Part shown: one piece after another, positions 1 to 28,643 of the stretch
How positions within the stretch are numbered: the stretch's first letter is position 1
Layout: each line of letters opens with the position of its first letter
Assembly (NCBI GenBank): GCA_963693365.1
Contig: CAVNZM010000001.1
Location: forward strand, 14,494,418 to 14,558,417
Reading direction: 5' to 3'
Origin: Amoebidium appalachense
Taxonomy: Eukaryota; Protista; Ichthyosporea
Length of the DNA stretch: 64,000 bases
Made by a program: the position numbers and the translations under genes
Notes under the pieces: generated by a model
The model's input: the letters and a program-made list of their open reading frames with translations, nothing else
What the model was told of the DNA's origin: nothing
The model's database searches: none

Positions 1-404
1 GACGCATTCAAACCTCCCCGCCCTCCCCCCGCTCTTGCCCCTTTTTCCCCATGCACAGTCCTACTACCCATATACAGAATCACACATGATCATGTATATG
101 CCAGATGTGTATATTGCCGTACGCCATACCCCACAATCTGATAATTACTCAAACGCACACGTTGGATCCATGCTGACTAGATTTTGGTATCAAAGTAACA
201 GCATTCGGAGGTCGAAGACCCTCCTCTCCTTGCCCCCTCTCTCCTCTCCACTTGCCGGGCTGCACTTACGTATACTGTGTGTGTTCTTGTTTGCATGCCT
301 GCATTACCTTATCCGCTGCAATGACGCTGCATAATGGACCACATATCCCCCCCCCCCCCCCCCCCCCTCCCCCCGGGACCACCCCCTCCTCCGGCACGAG
401 CGCG

Positions 405-479
<75 letters not shown>

Positions 480-594
480 TAACACAAAGGGAAAGGGATA
501 CCAATGCAAATCAAAGCCAAACCGTTTACATTCCGTTAATTCCCCTTCACTGTCAGGCAGTTTCTGACCCAGCCATTTCCCTTTGTTGCTGCAG

Positions 595-16163
<15,569 letters not shown>

Positions 16164-16383
16164 GGCGGTGTGGGATGTGTGCGGGTGGTGGGGGTGGGGG
16201 TGGTGTGTAAGCGTGGTTGTTTTGAGGGGCTGCAGAGAATGGTGAACAATAGGAATAGTTGTAAGATGTTTCCGGGTGTTTAAGCTAGTTGAATTCATTC
16301 GGCCGGATGTTAGGCCTGTAAAGGTGTGAGTTTTGATAAGTAAAATGATAGTGTGAGTGAGAGCTGAGCACACACATATATAT

Positions 16384-16433
<50 letters not shown>

Positions 16434-17137
16434 CGGTTACGACCGGTGTGAGCTTATAACAATTTGGCAGATCCAGACATACGGCGATGCATTATAGTCT
16501 AGCTGTACGGTACTTTCAAAGTGTTATGTTTTTGTTTTTCCTTTTTTTTTTTATACTCACGGTTAGCGGGATTGTAATCTTTGAAGAGTGGGGGCAATCA
16601 TGTGGTTTTTTGTGCACTTGGTACATAGGCACGCAATGAGCTAGAACGGTTGTTGTGTTTTTCAGCAGTATTTGTTGTGTGACTACATTCCGTCATACAT
16701 AGCTTTGTTTATTATGATCCCACCCTTAGATCACCAGGTCGTTTCGGTTTTGTTTAATCAGGTCCGGCACCTATATACTGACGAACGAGAACCAATAGAA
16801 TCTACATACCCTTTCTGAATAGATAGATCGACTTGATAGTTACTCTTAATGGGTGATTTCGTAGATATAATGGCATGAGTGTGAAAGATAAACCAGTTTC
16901 TGGGTGAATCTTTGCATCGAAACTGAACAACACCGTCAACTCTTAGTAGTACTCTATCTTGCTTGTGTGGCTTTGTTTGTTTTTGTTTTTGTCTTTTTTT
17001 CTTCTGCACCTGTGCTACATCCTAACCTGGTGTTCAAGAAACATAGACAAATTAAAACCCGTAAAAGCAACCGGGGGCCTTAGGACACTCTCTCCGGCTT
17101 TGTCTCTCTCCCTCCCTCCCTCCCTCCCTCCCTCCCT

Positions 17138-17181
<44 letters not shown>

Positions 17182-17530
17182 CCCCCAACCCCAACCCCAA
17201 CCCTAGCCTAGCCCCCCTCCCCCCCCCCCAACCTCTTTCTTTCTCTCTCTCTCTTTTTTTTGGTGTGTGTGTGTGTGTTTGTGTGTGTTTGTGTGTGTGT
17301 TTGGGGGGGGGAGAGAGAGGGGGGGGGGGGGGGGGGGGGAGGTAAATGAGGGGCGGCTCAGTCCCCCCCCCCCCCCCCCCCCCCAACCACCACCACCACC
17401 ACCACCCACCCACCAACCCCCACCCCACTTTTTCTGGGCCATCCCCCTTCCCCTACCCCCCACCCACCCACCCACCCACCCATGATAACTTCAGTATCAT
17501 TCTCTGTATCATCTGACGTCCCCCACCCAC

Positions 17531-18206
17531 AGGGGTCACCCGCAACCGGTAAATATATACAAATATATACAAATATATGTAAATATATATGAATATATAT
17601 GAATATATATGAATGTATATATATATGGGGTTTACGCTGTTTACTCGAGGGTTTACACACTTTTTATTGCGTGGACACTGCCGGAGGCCCAGCCACATTC
17701 GACGGCCGCAAAGATGTGTATACGTGATCGAGATTGGCACAGCCTGTGCCCGGTGACACACCGTACACGTTCAATCTCGGACCAATCAAACATCAGATAC
17801 GTAATCATTCTGATCCGCGCGCTCTCATCTCTGGCATATCGTGGCCGTGATCCTAGATCTAGAGTGGCACAGCCTGTGCCACACACGTTCAATTTCGGAC
17901 CAATCAAACATCAGGATGATCAGATTCGTAATCATTTTGATCCGCGCGCCGAGTCTGCTCTGATCTCATATCGTGATCGAGTGGCACAGCCTGTGCCTTT
18001 TTTTTTGCATATATATCCCATTATTCCCAAGCTATTTCTACGATGTACGAGGTATTTCGGGCTATATGTAGATATATGTAAATATATATGAATATATATA
18101 TATGAATATATGTAAATATATATAAATATATGGTGTAAATATATATGAATATATATGAATATATATGAAATGATATATGAATATATGTAACTTGCGGGTG
18201 ACCCCT
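17531..18206. mobile_element. Non-autonomous DNA transposon (MITE), hAT- or MULE-like
   Basis: Perfect 15-bp TIR AGGGGTCACCCGCAA / TTGCGGGTGACCCCT. Flanks CCCACCCAC / CCCACCCCC form an imperfect 8-9 bp TSD. AATATATAT-type subterminal repeats at both ends; internal ~120-130 bp tandem repeats. No transposase ORF. Confidence 0.8.
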
Positions 18207-18394
18207 CCCACCCCCCGCCTCCGGATTTCCCCGAGGGGATTCTTTTCGTGGCTTATATAATGATGTATGTTGCAAAGCTCTCTGAGTCACGGAGTCTCCT
18301 TGTTTATTTGTTCCTCCAGCATTCTGCATAACGCAGGTAAATCAACCACAGCCGTTACGTAGGCGTGTATACCTATATAGTACCTTCTGTACAT

Positions 18395-18690
18395 GTGATG
18401 CCATCAGAAACACAGTGAATTAGCTAACTGAGCAGCTGAGTAGCTGAGTAGCACATGCATATGCACGATGATTTCTCCCACAACCCACAATCAAGCCTCT
18501 ACAAACATGTTCAGTCTTATATTGCTCTTTTAATCACTTGTGAGTTGGGCGCTCTCCCTTCACCGTGGTGCACCCCTCTAAACAGAAACGGGGGTGCAAC
18601 TGCCTCGTGAACCATGCTCGTGATGGACATATAGCTCCACAGTGACTGTAAAGGCGTGCATATATCGCCCACTGATATTTGCTGAAATCG
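18395..18690 (+). ncRNA. Array unit (subtype A)
   Basis: TCCCACAA 18476-18483; TGGGCG 18546-18551 pairs CGCCCA 18666-18671; TGCACCCC 18569-18576 pairs GGGGTGCA 18591-18598; GCTGAAA 18681-18687. Boundaries approximate. Confidence 0.55.
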
Positions 18691-19241
18691 ACCCCTAACG
18701 AATCGCTGCAGGGAGACCCCCACCCACCCACCCACCCTTCACCTCCTTACCCCCTCCCCCCCGGGCCAATTTTTGTGTCTGCGGTGACACGGGCCCGTGG
18801 AGAAATTTTAAAGGCAAAAACTGCGCCATGATGCATGCACAAGTAATAATCACATGAGGTCGATTGTGCATGCTTGAACCTAGTCAGTGTGTGCACATCT
18901 TAAATTTTAACACAACAGTTGAGGTAACCTTTTTTAGGGCATGGGCACAGTACGTGACAACTAGGGAGTAATCCACCTTCTTGGAAACCTAAAAAAAAAT
19001 TAAAAGTCTGTTGTGTTAACGTCATTTATGTATGACTAACGCTGTTAATGATTGCCTGCACGTGCAAAACTAAGAGTCGCTCACGGCTATTAGAATATGG
19101 GTGGAAAGTGCAATTACACTTACGATTCCATGAGGACTTTGAATCTCAGTGACATATGAAAACTGGCATCGTTGGACACTAACGGTTTGTGCAACATAGT
19201 ACCTCGAAGATTGTATTCTTTTTTTTTTTTTTTTTTTTTGT

Positions 19242-19284
<43 letters not shown>

Positions 19285-19309
19285 GGGAGGGGGGGGGGGG
19301 GGGGGGGGG

Positions 19310-19640
19310 TGAGTTTGGAATGGTGGGGGCCCGACTCCGATGGTCATAGATTAGACTTGAAAGCCTTCATAATATTCATTCACTTAGTACACTAAGTTCT
19401 TAGGCCTTAGGCTGTACATATGATAAAACATATTGATAAGCGCATAATGTGTTCGTTGCTTTGTAGAAACATCGCTCTGTAGTCTCTGCAATACAGTGAT
19501 GTTGATCTAATGATATATGTCCATTGAAATGTGCTTCCTGTGCGCGTCAAATTGCTTGGCATTAATTAGTCGTCTTGGACGGCCACATCAAAAGCGTTGC
19601 CAATATTTAATGGTCGTCCATATACTCGCACACATAAAAA
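19310..19640 (+). ncRNA. Array unit (subtype C)
   Basis: TGGACGGCCA 19576-19585 pairs TGGTCGTCCA 19611-19620 (10 bp, one G.U). The 5' part (ATGGTGGG..CCGACTC..GTCATAGATTA) is homologous to ~21640-21670. Confidence 0.45.
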
Positions 19641-19844
19641 ACGTTTCCCTCTCCATGTATACCCTCGTTCCACCATTTCTCCCCTACCCCCTCCCTCCTC
19701 CCTCCCCCCCTCCCCCCTCCCCCCCCCCCCCCCCTCTCCCTCCAACACACACATACACACACACTCACATCCACACCCCCACACACGGCCCTCAGGCTGC
19801 CCCGCCCCTCCTCCCCTCCTGTCTGCCCATTGTCAAGCTCATGC

Positions 19845-20095
19845 TGTCTAACACAAACAGCATTTGTATCCAACTTTTCCGTCATTCTCTAAGAGATGTG
19901 CACTGCCAGGGCAGATAGCACATTCTTTCCTGCCTAGGGTGCAGTTATTGAAGGCGGGGATGAATAATTTGGATGCAAGACCAACCCCATCCAGCTCATC
20001 ACCATTATCACAGAGATGAGGAAGGCTGCAAATGTGACTGTGTCATTGGAATTCCTGGTCAACAATCATGTGTTGTATGATATTTCTCACCTGCT
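19845..20095 (+). ncRNA. Array unit (subtype B)
   Basis: TTGTATCCAA 19864-19873 pairs TTGGATGCAA 19969-19978 (one U.G); GATGTGC/GCACATT hairpin; GACCA 19979-19983 pairs TGGTC 20056-20060; GATGAGGAAGGCTGCA shared with the 22.3 kb unit and, as GATGAGGGAGGCTGCA, with the 23.7 and 24.1 kb units. Confidence 0.5.
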
Positions 20096-20659
20096 CCCCC
20101 CCCCCCCCCCTCCCTCCCCGCCCGCCGGGGCCTTGCCGGCCCGCACGCCAACCAAACACTAGTGGGGGGGGGGGGGGGGGGGGGGGGGGAGAGGGGGGGC
20201 GGGATGGAAACGCATCCACACGACTCAGAATATATACATGCGCCAACACACGAATGCACACATGCACACGCACGCATGCATGCACTCATAAACGCGTACA
20301 CGCGCGCACACACGCACGCACGCACGCATGCACGAACGCACACACACGCGCGAACGCACACACACGCGCACACGCACACACGCCCGCGCGCACACACACA
20401 CACACAAACACTAGCCTGCCCCCCTCCCCCCTCCCCCCTCCCCTCCCCCTTCAAAGTTTGTCTGGAAGGCTCCTAAAGTTTTTGACCCTCCTCCTCCCCC
20501 CCCCCCCCCCCCCCCTTCCCCCCCCACCCCACACACACGCACACACACGGAAGCATCGCAGTGTTGCCATGCATGCCTTTTTGGTTCGTCTAGTGTTCTG
20601 CCCTTAAGATGCACACAAAGGCACTACAGCCGCAACATGTATACCTGCCGAGTACCTCC

Positions 20660-20895
20660 TTTGATGTGAAACACAGTTAGTGCTGTGTTCATTTATAGGA
20701 TATGATTTCTCCCACAATCCAACCTGTCATAACATACTCATAATCCGTCGTACATCAGACCAACATTGAGTTGGGCGATTCCCCTTAACCATGGTGCACC
20801 TCACCCAACAGAGTCGAGGGTGCACCCAAGTCCACACTTGACGAGCTGTATAGCTCTCCTATGGAAGTATCGCGCACTGGTATTTGCTGATAACT
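20660..20895 (+). ncRNA. Array unit (subtype A)
   Basis: AACACAG/CTGTGTT hairpin at ~20669-20688; TCCCACAAT 20710-20718; TGGGCGAT 20772-20779 vs ATCGCGCA 20869-20876; GGTGCACC 20793-20800 pairs with 20819-20826; GCTGA 20886-20890. Confidence 0.55.
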
Positions 20896-21594
20896 CCCCC
20901 CTTAAAACACAAATTGTCTCAAGGATCCCCCCCTTCCCCCCCCTCCCTCCCCCCGGGGCTCCCCCTCTCTCACCGGGGCAATATTTTTGTGTTCGGTCAA
21001 GTGAGGCTGAGGCTTGAGGCAAAGAGGTGCCGTGTTATGCCATGCACGATAAGTAAACAGACTGAGAGAAATCAAACCAAAGATTTTTTGCACAAATCCG
21101 TTTAGATCGCCGGCGAGGCTGCAGCAGAATCGGTGAAACGGTACGGTAAATTATTAGTTGAATCAACCTTGAGCTGGTTTTGCAAACACGGTGACCCAAG
21201 AATAATCTACGATGGATGGTATCTAGGCATCTGCCAACTTCTTCTTCTTCTTTTATTTTTTTTTGTGGAGAGGGGGAGGGGGATTGGGGGGGGGGGGGGG
21301 GGGGGGAGGGGGGGGGGGGGGGGGGGGGGGGGGAGGGAGGGAGGGGGGGCCCCGGGGAAGGAATAATTAAGGTTCGGCCAACGTGGTAAACTTTTAAAAA
21401 AAGCTGGTATTTACTGAAAGGATTGAAACTGGCAACGCACATGGAATTCCAGTACAATGCAAAAAAGATCTAGACTTAGTGCAGAAACCCAACATATAAT
21501 CAAGTGCACATGAATGCTGTTTGTGTTATTACCTTGAGGCTCTTGCTATCACATGTGGATGGATATACCCTAGGTGTGTGTATGTGTGGCGCCG

Positions 21595-21625
<31 letters not shown>

Positions 21626-21629
21626 ATAC

Positions 21630-22045
21630 GTGTTTGGGATGGTGGGAGTCCGACTCGTCATAGATTATATTTTTCAGCCTAGATCCTCATTTAGACAAAC
21701 TGTCTCAGGTCATAGGATGTGAAAAACTCACTGGCATTACTAGAACAATGTGTAAACGTAACTTAATTATATCGTAAAAATATTGCACTAGAGTTTGAAA
21801 ATAATGCCATTGGTGATGTCGATCTGATTTAATATGCAACTGTCTCACAATCTTCCCTGGAATTTCATTCTCTTGAACGTCATTGTTTGGCACCACTTGC
21901 CATTGGTGACCAAGTGAATTGCAGCGTGGATTATATGCAGCACCTGACAATTTCTCAGAACGCTGTGTGTAATCCACAAGTTGGTGCCGGGTAAAGCACT
22001 GGAATTGTCACCCATATATGTTTTCGCACGTAAACACACGTTTCT
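21630..22045 (+). ncRNA. Array unit (subtype C)
   Basis: GGTGAC 21905-21910 pairs GTCACC 22007-22012; uninterrupted 16-bp stem 21926-21941 / 21962-21977 with three G.U pairs. Confidence 0.55.
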
Positions 22046-22149
22046 ATCCCCCCCCCCCCCCCCCTCCCTCCCTCCCTCCCCCCCTCCGCACCTTTCCCGC
22101 CTCACCCCCCTCCGCCCCTCCCCCCTTCCCCCGCTCGTTCCCTAGGCTC

Positions 22150-22395
22150 GGTTCAACACAAAGGGCATTAGTTTGAATGTTCCGATATACGTAAGTGAGA
22201 GATGTGCAAGAAGGGCCTTGCACATTGCTCCTGGTCTAGACGGCAGTTGTTGCAGGCAACGGTTAAAAATTTGGATACCAGACCATCCTATGCAGCACAC
22301 CACCAAGCAGAGATGAGGAAGGCTGCAAAAGGGACGGCTTCATTGGATTTCCTGGTCAACCATAAGGTTGAATGCTAATAAGCATTTGTTACCTG
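22150..22395 (+). ncRNA. Array unit (subtype B)
   Basis: ATGTGCAAG 22202-22210 pairs CTTGCACAT 22217-22225; TGCAGC 22291-22296 pairs GCTGCA 22322-22327; GACCA/TGGTC outer stem; clear homology to 19845-20095. Confidence 0.5.
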
Positions 22396-22528
22396 CTCTC
22401 CTCCTTCCCTCCAAACTCCCCCCCTCCCTCCCCTCCCTCCCCCCTCCCCCCCCCCCCCCCCCCCCCCCCGGAAAAAAAAAAAAAAAAAAAAAAGAACCCA
22501 AGCGCACGGACACGCACGCACGCACGTA

Positions 22529-22640
<112 letters not shown>

Positions 22641-22717
22641 CAAACACATAACACGTGACACAACTTGTGACACACACACATCACACACTAGCCTTCCCCC
22701 CTCGGCCCTCCCCCCCT

Positions 22718-22776
<59 letters not shown>

Positions 22777-23099
22777 CGGGTGGAAGATCCTTCTGGGCCG
22801 GTCACAAATCACCCTTCTGCTTCATTATTTCGCACTTTAACGTCTCACTCATATGTGCCCATGAAGCAACTTCGGCCATAATGATTATACCGTATACGTA
22901 CCTTCTGTGATGCTAAAGTATTACTGGCATGCCATACTTATCTCTCCCATACCCAATATGCCCTAGGCTTCCCAAACGTCCTAAGCTTGCAACCCCCCTT
23001 CTTGATATCATCAATAAGATTGGCTACTTGGCTCCACCTTTTTGCACCTGGTCTAACAAAGTCTGTGAAATTATCGCATTGTTACAGCAATTTGCAAAG

Positions 23100-23330
23100 C
23101 ATAATGATGTTGACTTGACATTATTAAGCGATTCAGAAGTTCCCAAAATCGATAACTGAAATGTCAATCTGTGTGTCCATGCCATGTGTTTGGCAGTAGT
23201 CATTTTGGGCAACCACTGTGATACCGTTGCACTGTGACCTGACAAAGTTTCAGTGAGGCTTTATTCGCACATCCACATCTGTCCTTCCGATCAAAAGCCT
23301 TCCGTCGCCCATGTGCCTTGCATATATAAC
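23100..23330 (+). ncRNA. Array unit (subtype C, 5' boundary uncertain)
   Basis: TGGGCAAC 23206-23213 vs GTCGCCCA 23304-23311 (7 of 8 pairs); TCCCAAAAT at ~23141 resembles the TCCCACAAT motif. Confidence 0.4.
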
Positions 23331-23454
23331 CATTTCCCTTTTCATCCTTCTTCTCCCCCCCCCCCCCCCTCCCCCCCCCGCCTCCCCTCCCCCTTCCCCT
23401 TTGCCCCCCTCAGAGTCCCTCCTCCCCCTCACCCCCCCTCACCCCTCACCCTTT

Positions 23455-23750
23455 TCGAATTCCCTCCTTTCGTTTCCCTTTTCCCAGTCCCAATGTCAAC
23501 GAGAGGCTCTATCTAACACAAACGGCATATTTATCTTACTTTCCTTATGATATAAATTCTTAAGTGGACAATACTAGGGCCACATCCCCCCGGCTTAAAA
23601 TTAGGCTGCAGTTGTTGTTACACCAATTCCCTTTGTAAGAGCCCACCCAGCACAACACCAAGCAGTCATTGTGATGAGGGAGGCTGCAACCGTGTGAAGT
23701 CCTTCGAAACCGTTAGAAGGTCAGCTACAAAGTTACTGAAATGGCTCTCC

Positions 23751-23797
<47 letters not shown>

Positions 23798-24152
23798 TCC
23801 CCCAGAGAAAAAAAAAAAAGAAGAAGAAAAAGAAAAAAAAAAAGAAAAAAGAAATTCCCTCCTTTCGTTTCCCTTTTCCCATTCCCAATGTCAACGAGAG
23901 GCTCTACCTAACTCAAACAGCATATTTATCTTACCTTTCTATCATATCTATAAATTATTAAGTGGGCAATACTAGGGCCACATCCCCCCAGCTTGAAATT
24001 AGGCTGTAGTTGTTTTTACAGCAATCCCCTTCTTAAAAAGCCACCCAGCACAACACCAAGCAGTCAATGTGATGAGGGAGGCTGCAACCGTGACGCCTTT
24101 CCAAGCTAACTAGAAGGTCAGCCACAAGGTTGCTGAAAGGGCTCACCGTGTC
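23455..24152 (+). repeat. Recent tandem duplication (~400 bp period) giving two subtype-B array units
   Basis: ~23455-23752 and ~23851-24152 are near-identical (GAATTCCCTCCTTTCGTTTCCCTTTTCCCA...AATGTCAACGAGAGGCTCTA...GATGAGGGAGGCTGCAACCGTG...AGAAGGTCAGC). They end in CTGAAA 23736-23741 and GCTGAAA 24132-24138. Confidence 0.9.
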
Positions 24153-24679
24153 CCCTTCCCCCCTCCCCCCCCTCCCCCCCCAGACAAAAAAAAAAAAAGA
24201 GAGAGAGAGAGAAAGAGAGAAAGAGAGAAAGAAAAAGAGAGAGAGAGAGAAAAAAAAAAAGAAAAAAAGAAAAAAAGAAAAAAGAAAAAAAAAACTGAAA
24301 GAAAGTAGAACCGCATCCTCGCACGCCTCCGCCTTAACACACACCACCACCACAAACATAGAATCCCCGATGTGTTGGCGTGCTCGGGGAATAATTGTTA
24401 TGGAAAACCATTTTTAGCACATGCTCCTTAATTATAACGTTTTTGTTTTCTTCGGTGTTATTACTTGTGAGATTGTGTGTGTCGGGAGGATGGGGGAGAG
24501 GGGGAAGGGGGGGGGGGGAGGGGGGGGGGGGGGGGAGGGGGAATAGGTTACAATGACTATAGGCTTTTCTTTCAAAGTTTTTTTTTCAAAGTTTTTTATT
24601 TTTATTTTTATTTTTTTATTTTTTATTTTATTATTATTTTTTTTTGGGGGGGGGGGGGGGGGTTTGTGAAAAGGGGGGA

Positions 24680-24897
24680 GGAGGATGACAGTGATAGGAT
24701 TGTGCACTCAGTGCCACCATGTCAATCGAGATGTATAAAGTAAGAATGTCCCACAATTACAATTCAGATATCAATCACATATGGAATTTGGCTTGTGAGG
24801 AGATATCTCTGGGTGGCCCCCCACAAAGTTGCAGCATCTGACCGAAATTAGGTCATTGTTGCAGGGAAATGTAGCCCAGAAAGCTCGCTCTGAAATA
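24680..24897 (+). ncRNA. Array unit (subtype A)
   Basis: TCCCACAA 24749-24756; TCTGGG 24808-24813 pairs CCCAGA 24875-24880; TTGCAGCA 24829-24836 pairs TGTTGCAG 24857-24864 (G.U) enclosing TGACC/GGTCA; CTGAAA 24890-24895; homologous to 28644-28880. Confidence 0.55.
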
Positions 24898-24977
24898 GGT
24901 CATCCGCATACAGTGGCTGAAACAAACCCTACCCCACGTCATCCCCCTCCCCCCTCTACATACACGCACGCACTTCT

Positions 24978-25012
<35 letters not shown>

Positions 25013-25570
25013 ATAACCCTCCCCATTCCTCCACAACCTTGGGCGCACAGGACTTATGAACTGCTGTGCAAACAATTATTACATATCTTCACATCATGCC
25101 ATACATATACCCCAGGACCACATAGTCATGCACCCGTCCGTATGCGTGAAAACACACATCTGGACATCAGTTCGGGCAGGCACGGTTGAGGAAAGATTCC
25201 AAGATTTCAGAATGCAGGTCTTGTGCTCTACCACTATCAGATGTATATGTGTGTGATGGTCCTTGGTACTTTCAGAATTTGTTCCAAGCAAAAATAATTT
25301 TCAGATGTGTTCATGCCCCCGTACATATTGCTGATGCAAACATCCTCCCCCCTTCCCCCCTCCTCCCCCCGAGGGGAAGGGGGGGGGGGGGGAGGGGGGG
25401 GGGTATTTTCCTTCCTCATTCTCCCTTCTTGCACAGTGGCCACATTGACCTGCATTCCTCTTCCCGAGGTCGCTGAAATGCAACAAGGAAGCGTGTCCCC
25501 TGGCTCCTTTTTCTTAGTAGGGGAAGACGGAAGGGGGGATCTTTCTCTCATTTCTCTCTCGCTTTCTAGT

Positions 25571-25715
<145 letters not shown>

Positions 25716-25802
25716 CCCGTCCCCCCCCCCCCCCCCCTCTCTTTGAGAATCTCTCCCTCTCTCCCTCTCTCCCTCTCTCTCTCCCCCTCTCCCCCCCCCT
25801 CC

Positions 25803-25833
<31 letters not shown>

Positions 25834-26234
25834 CCTCTCTCTCCCTCTCTCTCACTCGCTCTCTCTCTCCCGCTATCACATACACATACACACACTCTCT
25901 CTCTCTCGCTTTTTCTCTCCCTGTCTCTCAGTCTCCCTCACTCCGAGGCTCCTCCTGCCCCTCTCCCCCTCCCCTTCTCTCCCTCTTTAACTATCTCTCT
26001 CTCGTTCTGCCTCTCTCTCTCATCCCCTCTCTCTTCCCCCTCTTTCTCCCCTCTCTAACCCTCCCCCTATCCCCCTTTCTATTTCTCATTCTCGCTCCCC
26101 CCCCTCCCCCCCCCCCCCCCCCCCCACCCTTCCGCCCGGGAAAAAAACCCACCCATCCTCCCCCCTCCCCCTCCTTCCCCCTCCACCTCCTGTTGATGTT
26201 TGCGTTCCTTTCGATAGCTAACGGCGGAATAACT

Positions 26235-26468
26235 GGGTGATTACAAAGCTTTTCCTTCAGCCATATAGTGTACACCTAAATTCTCAACATTTTTTACCTA
26301 GTTGTCCCACAATCCTATCCGCCCAGTGACTTTTCTTGAAGCCTCTTCTGTGTATCACCCAGGATTTGGGCGACTCCCTTCTACTATGCAGCTTTCTACT
26401 CACAGAGAAGAGGACTGCATACAGAGAAATGGCGCTCTCAAATTCTCGCCCAAAAGTTTGGCTGAAAA
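26235..26468 (+). ncRNA. Array unit (subtype A)
   Basis: TCCCACAAT 26305-26313; TTTGGGCGA 26365-26373 pairs TCGCCCAAA 26446-26454; TATGCAG 26385-26391 pairs CTGCATA 26415-26421 (compensatory relative to TGCACC/GGTGCA in other units); GCTGAAA 26461-26467. Confidence 0.55.
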
Positions 26469-26779
26469 AGATCACATTCCCTCCAGAACCCCTTCCTCCC
26501 CCCTCCCCCCCCCTCCCCCCCCCCCCCCTCTCTCCCTCATCCTTCAGCATGCAAGCTCGAGTCCCCATGCAAAGTCCCCCACAAGTCATTTGTTCAGTGT
26601 TTGAAAAGCCCATACGTCTTTTGTTCCCAATTCCTCCCCCGACGTTGACTTTCTTCTTCAAGTTGCCAGGGAAACGAAATGATCTGTTGTGATGTCAGAA
26701 AAGGGAGGTGGGAGAGGTGGAAAAGGTGAAGGTGGGTGGGTGGTGCATGCACGTGTGTGTGCGTGCGTGCGCACACGCG

Positions 26780-26871
<92 letters not shown>

Positions 26872-27268
26872 TGTTTGTGTGTGTGTGTGTGTGGGTGTGT
26901 GGGTGTGTGGGTGTGTGTGTGTGTGTGTGTGTGTGGTGGGGTGTAACAGCGAGAGAGGGAGGGATAACGAGAGATGTAGGATAGTACCTGCACACAGGTT
27001 TGCAAGTTGAAACAGTTTGCGTGGGGCACATAGCAAAACAAACATACCCGAAACCAACACAGGCACTCGTCCGCACGCACAGTCGCACATAGATGCGCAC
27101 AAACAGGGGCATACGGGATCGTCACTAGTGGGAATGCAAATGCTAGAAAGCCCTGCACATGTAAATCTGATGTTGGAATGCCGTTTGTGTAAAAGCCTGT
27201 AAATGGAATGTTTAGTCTTGCGGAGGTCAACCAGCATGACTTTTTATTTTTAACGCTAAAGACAATTC

Positions 27269-27545
27269 ATGGCTGTGATCATTGGCAGGTTTATATTTGC
27301 GCTGGTGTAACGGATAATGCCATTTCTAACTCTAAACCTAACACATGGCTGTGATTGCCAGGTTCATTTGTGTGCTAGTATGGTTGCACGGAGGTGTTCC
27401 AGATCTAACGATGCTTTGTTTATCAATAAAAATTAATTATGGCTGTGATTGGCAGGTTTATTTAAGCGGTAGTAAGGTTGGTAGTGTACCAGATGATGCT
27501 TTTTTAATCAATAAAAAATAATAATGGCTGTGATTGGCAGGTGTA
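27269..27545. repeat. Four spaced copies of ATGGCTGTGATTGGCAGGT (contains reverse CCAAT box), periods 76/94/85 bp
   Basis: Copies start at 27269, 27345, 27439 and 27524 (first two slightly variant). The intervening sequences are only partly similar. Confidence 0.8.
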
Positions 27546-27689
27546 TTACTGCGTCAATGACCAAATGCTGCTGTTGGGTCTTTGCTGGCGAACGTGGGCC
27601 TCAGATGATTGCTGCAGTCCCTCCCCACCACGTGGTCCTGCCGTTGCTCATTTTCAGCTGCTGGACCTCGAGACTTGTAAAAAGCCCAG

Positions 27690-27724
<35 letters not shown>

Positions 27725-27819
27725 CCTCCCCCCCCCCCCCCCCCCCCCCCCCCCCCGCCTTCCCCCCCCCCCTCACCCCTTTCACTCATTCACACACATG
27801 CTTTACAGATCTTATTTGC

Positions 27820-27997
27820 CTGATGTTTCTTTACCACAATCACACTCAAATATTATTACTTGATGTTGTTTGCTAACCACCAAGTCCATCTGGGCAACCA
27901 CCCACACACTGCATTGCCTCACTTCTTCGATGGATGAAATTGCAGCACTGGAATAATGCATCCCCACTGTTTGGTTGCCCAGAGTTGTTGCCGAATT
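27820..27997 (+). ncRNA. Array unit (subtype C)
   Basis: Perfect 12-bp stem TCTGGGCAACCA 27889-27900 / TGGTTGCCCAGA 27972-27983 enclosing CTGCA 27909-27913 / TGCAG 27941-27945; the 3' motif is the variant GCCGAA. Confidence 0.5.
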
Positions 27998-28318
27998 CGC
28001 CCGGCTGTGATGTTAACCACCCCCCCCCCCCCCCCCCCCCCCAATAACAAGGGATGTTAGTGAACCACTAAAAGTGCCATCGTCACCGTTCACTCTTTCT
28101 GCTCGAGCTCCAAAAGCAATTGAATCCCACCAGACGGCTCAGCACAAGTATGTCGCTACTGCGTCCTCCGGCTCCCCCCTCTCCCTCCACCACCACCACC
28201 ACCATCAACCTCTCCCCCCTCATAGTTCCCCCGAGTCCTTTCATTTACTTCTTTTCTACTTCTTTTCCTCGCCTTGCTACCCGCTGGCACCACCACCCCT
28301 CCCTGCCCGGTATTGCTT

Positions 28319-28357
<39 letters not shown>

Positions 28358-28498
28358 ACCACCGCAGACACTACCACCACCATCACCATTACAAAAATCT
28401 TCCCATAGTACCTTATATAGGGTTCTCTTATCCCTCGTATTACTGCTTATGGCGGTTCAAAAACATTGAGGCGAAATCCAGAAAAAGTCCCCCCTCCC

Positions 28499-28529
<31 letters not shown>

Positions 28530-28643
28530 AAAAAAAAAAAAAAGGAAAAAACATATAAAATCATGGGGTTTATTTGGCCGGGCCCTAAAGAGCAATGCCC
28601 CGGAAGAAAGGAGAAGGGATAGGGGCAGGGGGGTGCAATAAGT

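Noticed and set aside
17176-17212. (CCCCAA)n/CCCTAG telomere-like hexamers
   Set aside because: Only a few degenerate units inside a poly-C tract; ordinary simple-repeat noise.
17725-18000. CRISPR-like look of the three palindromic repeats
   Set aside because: The intervening sequences are copies of each other, the repeats lie inside a TIR element, and there are no cas genes in a eukaryotic context.
27269-27545. CRISPR array
   Set aside because: Irregular period, related spacers, non-palindromic repeat and no cas genes.
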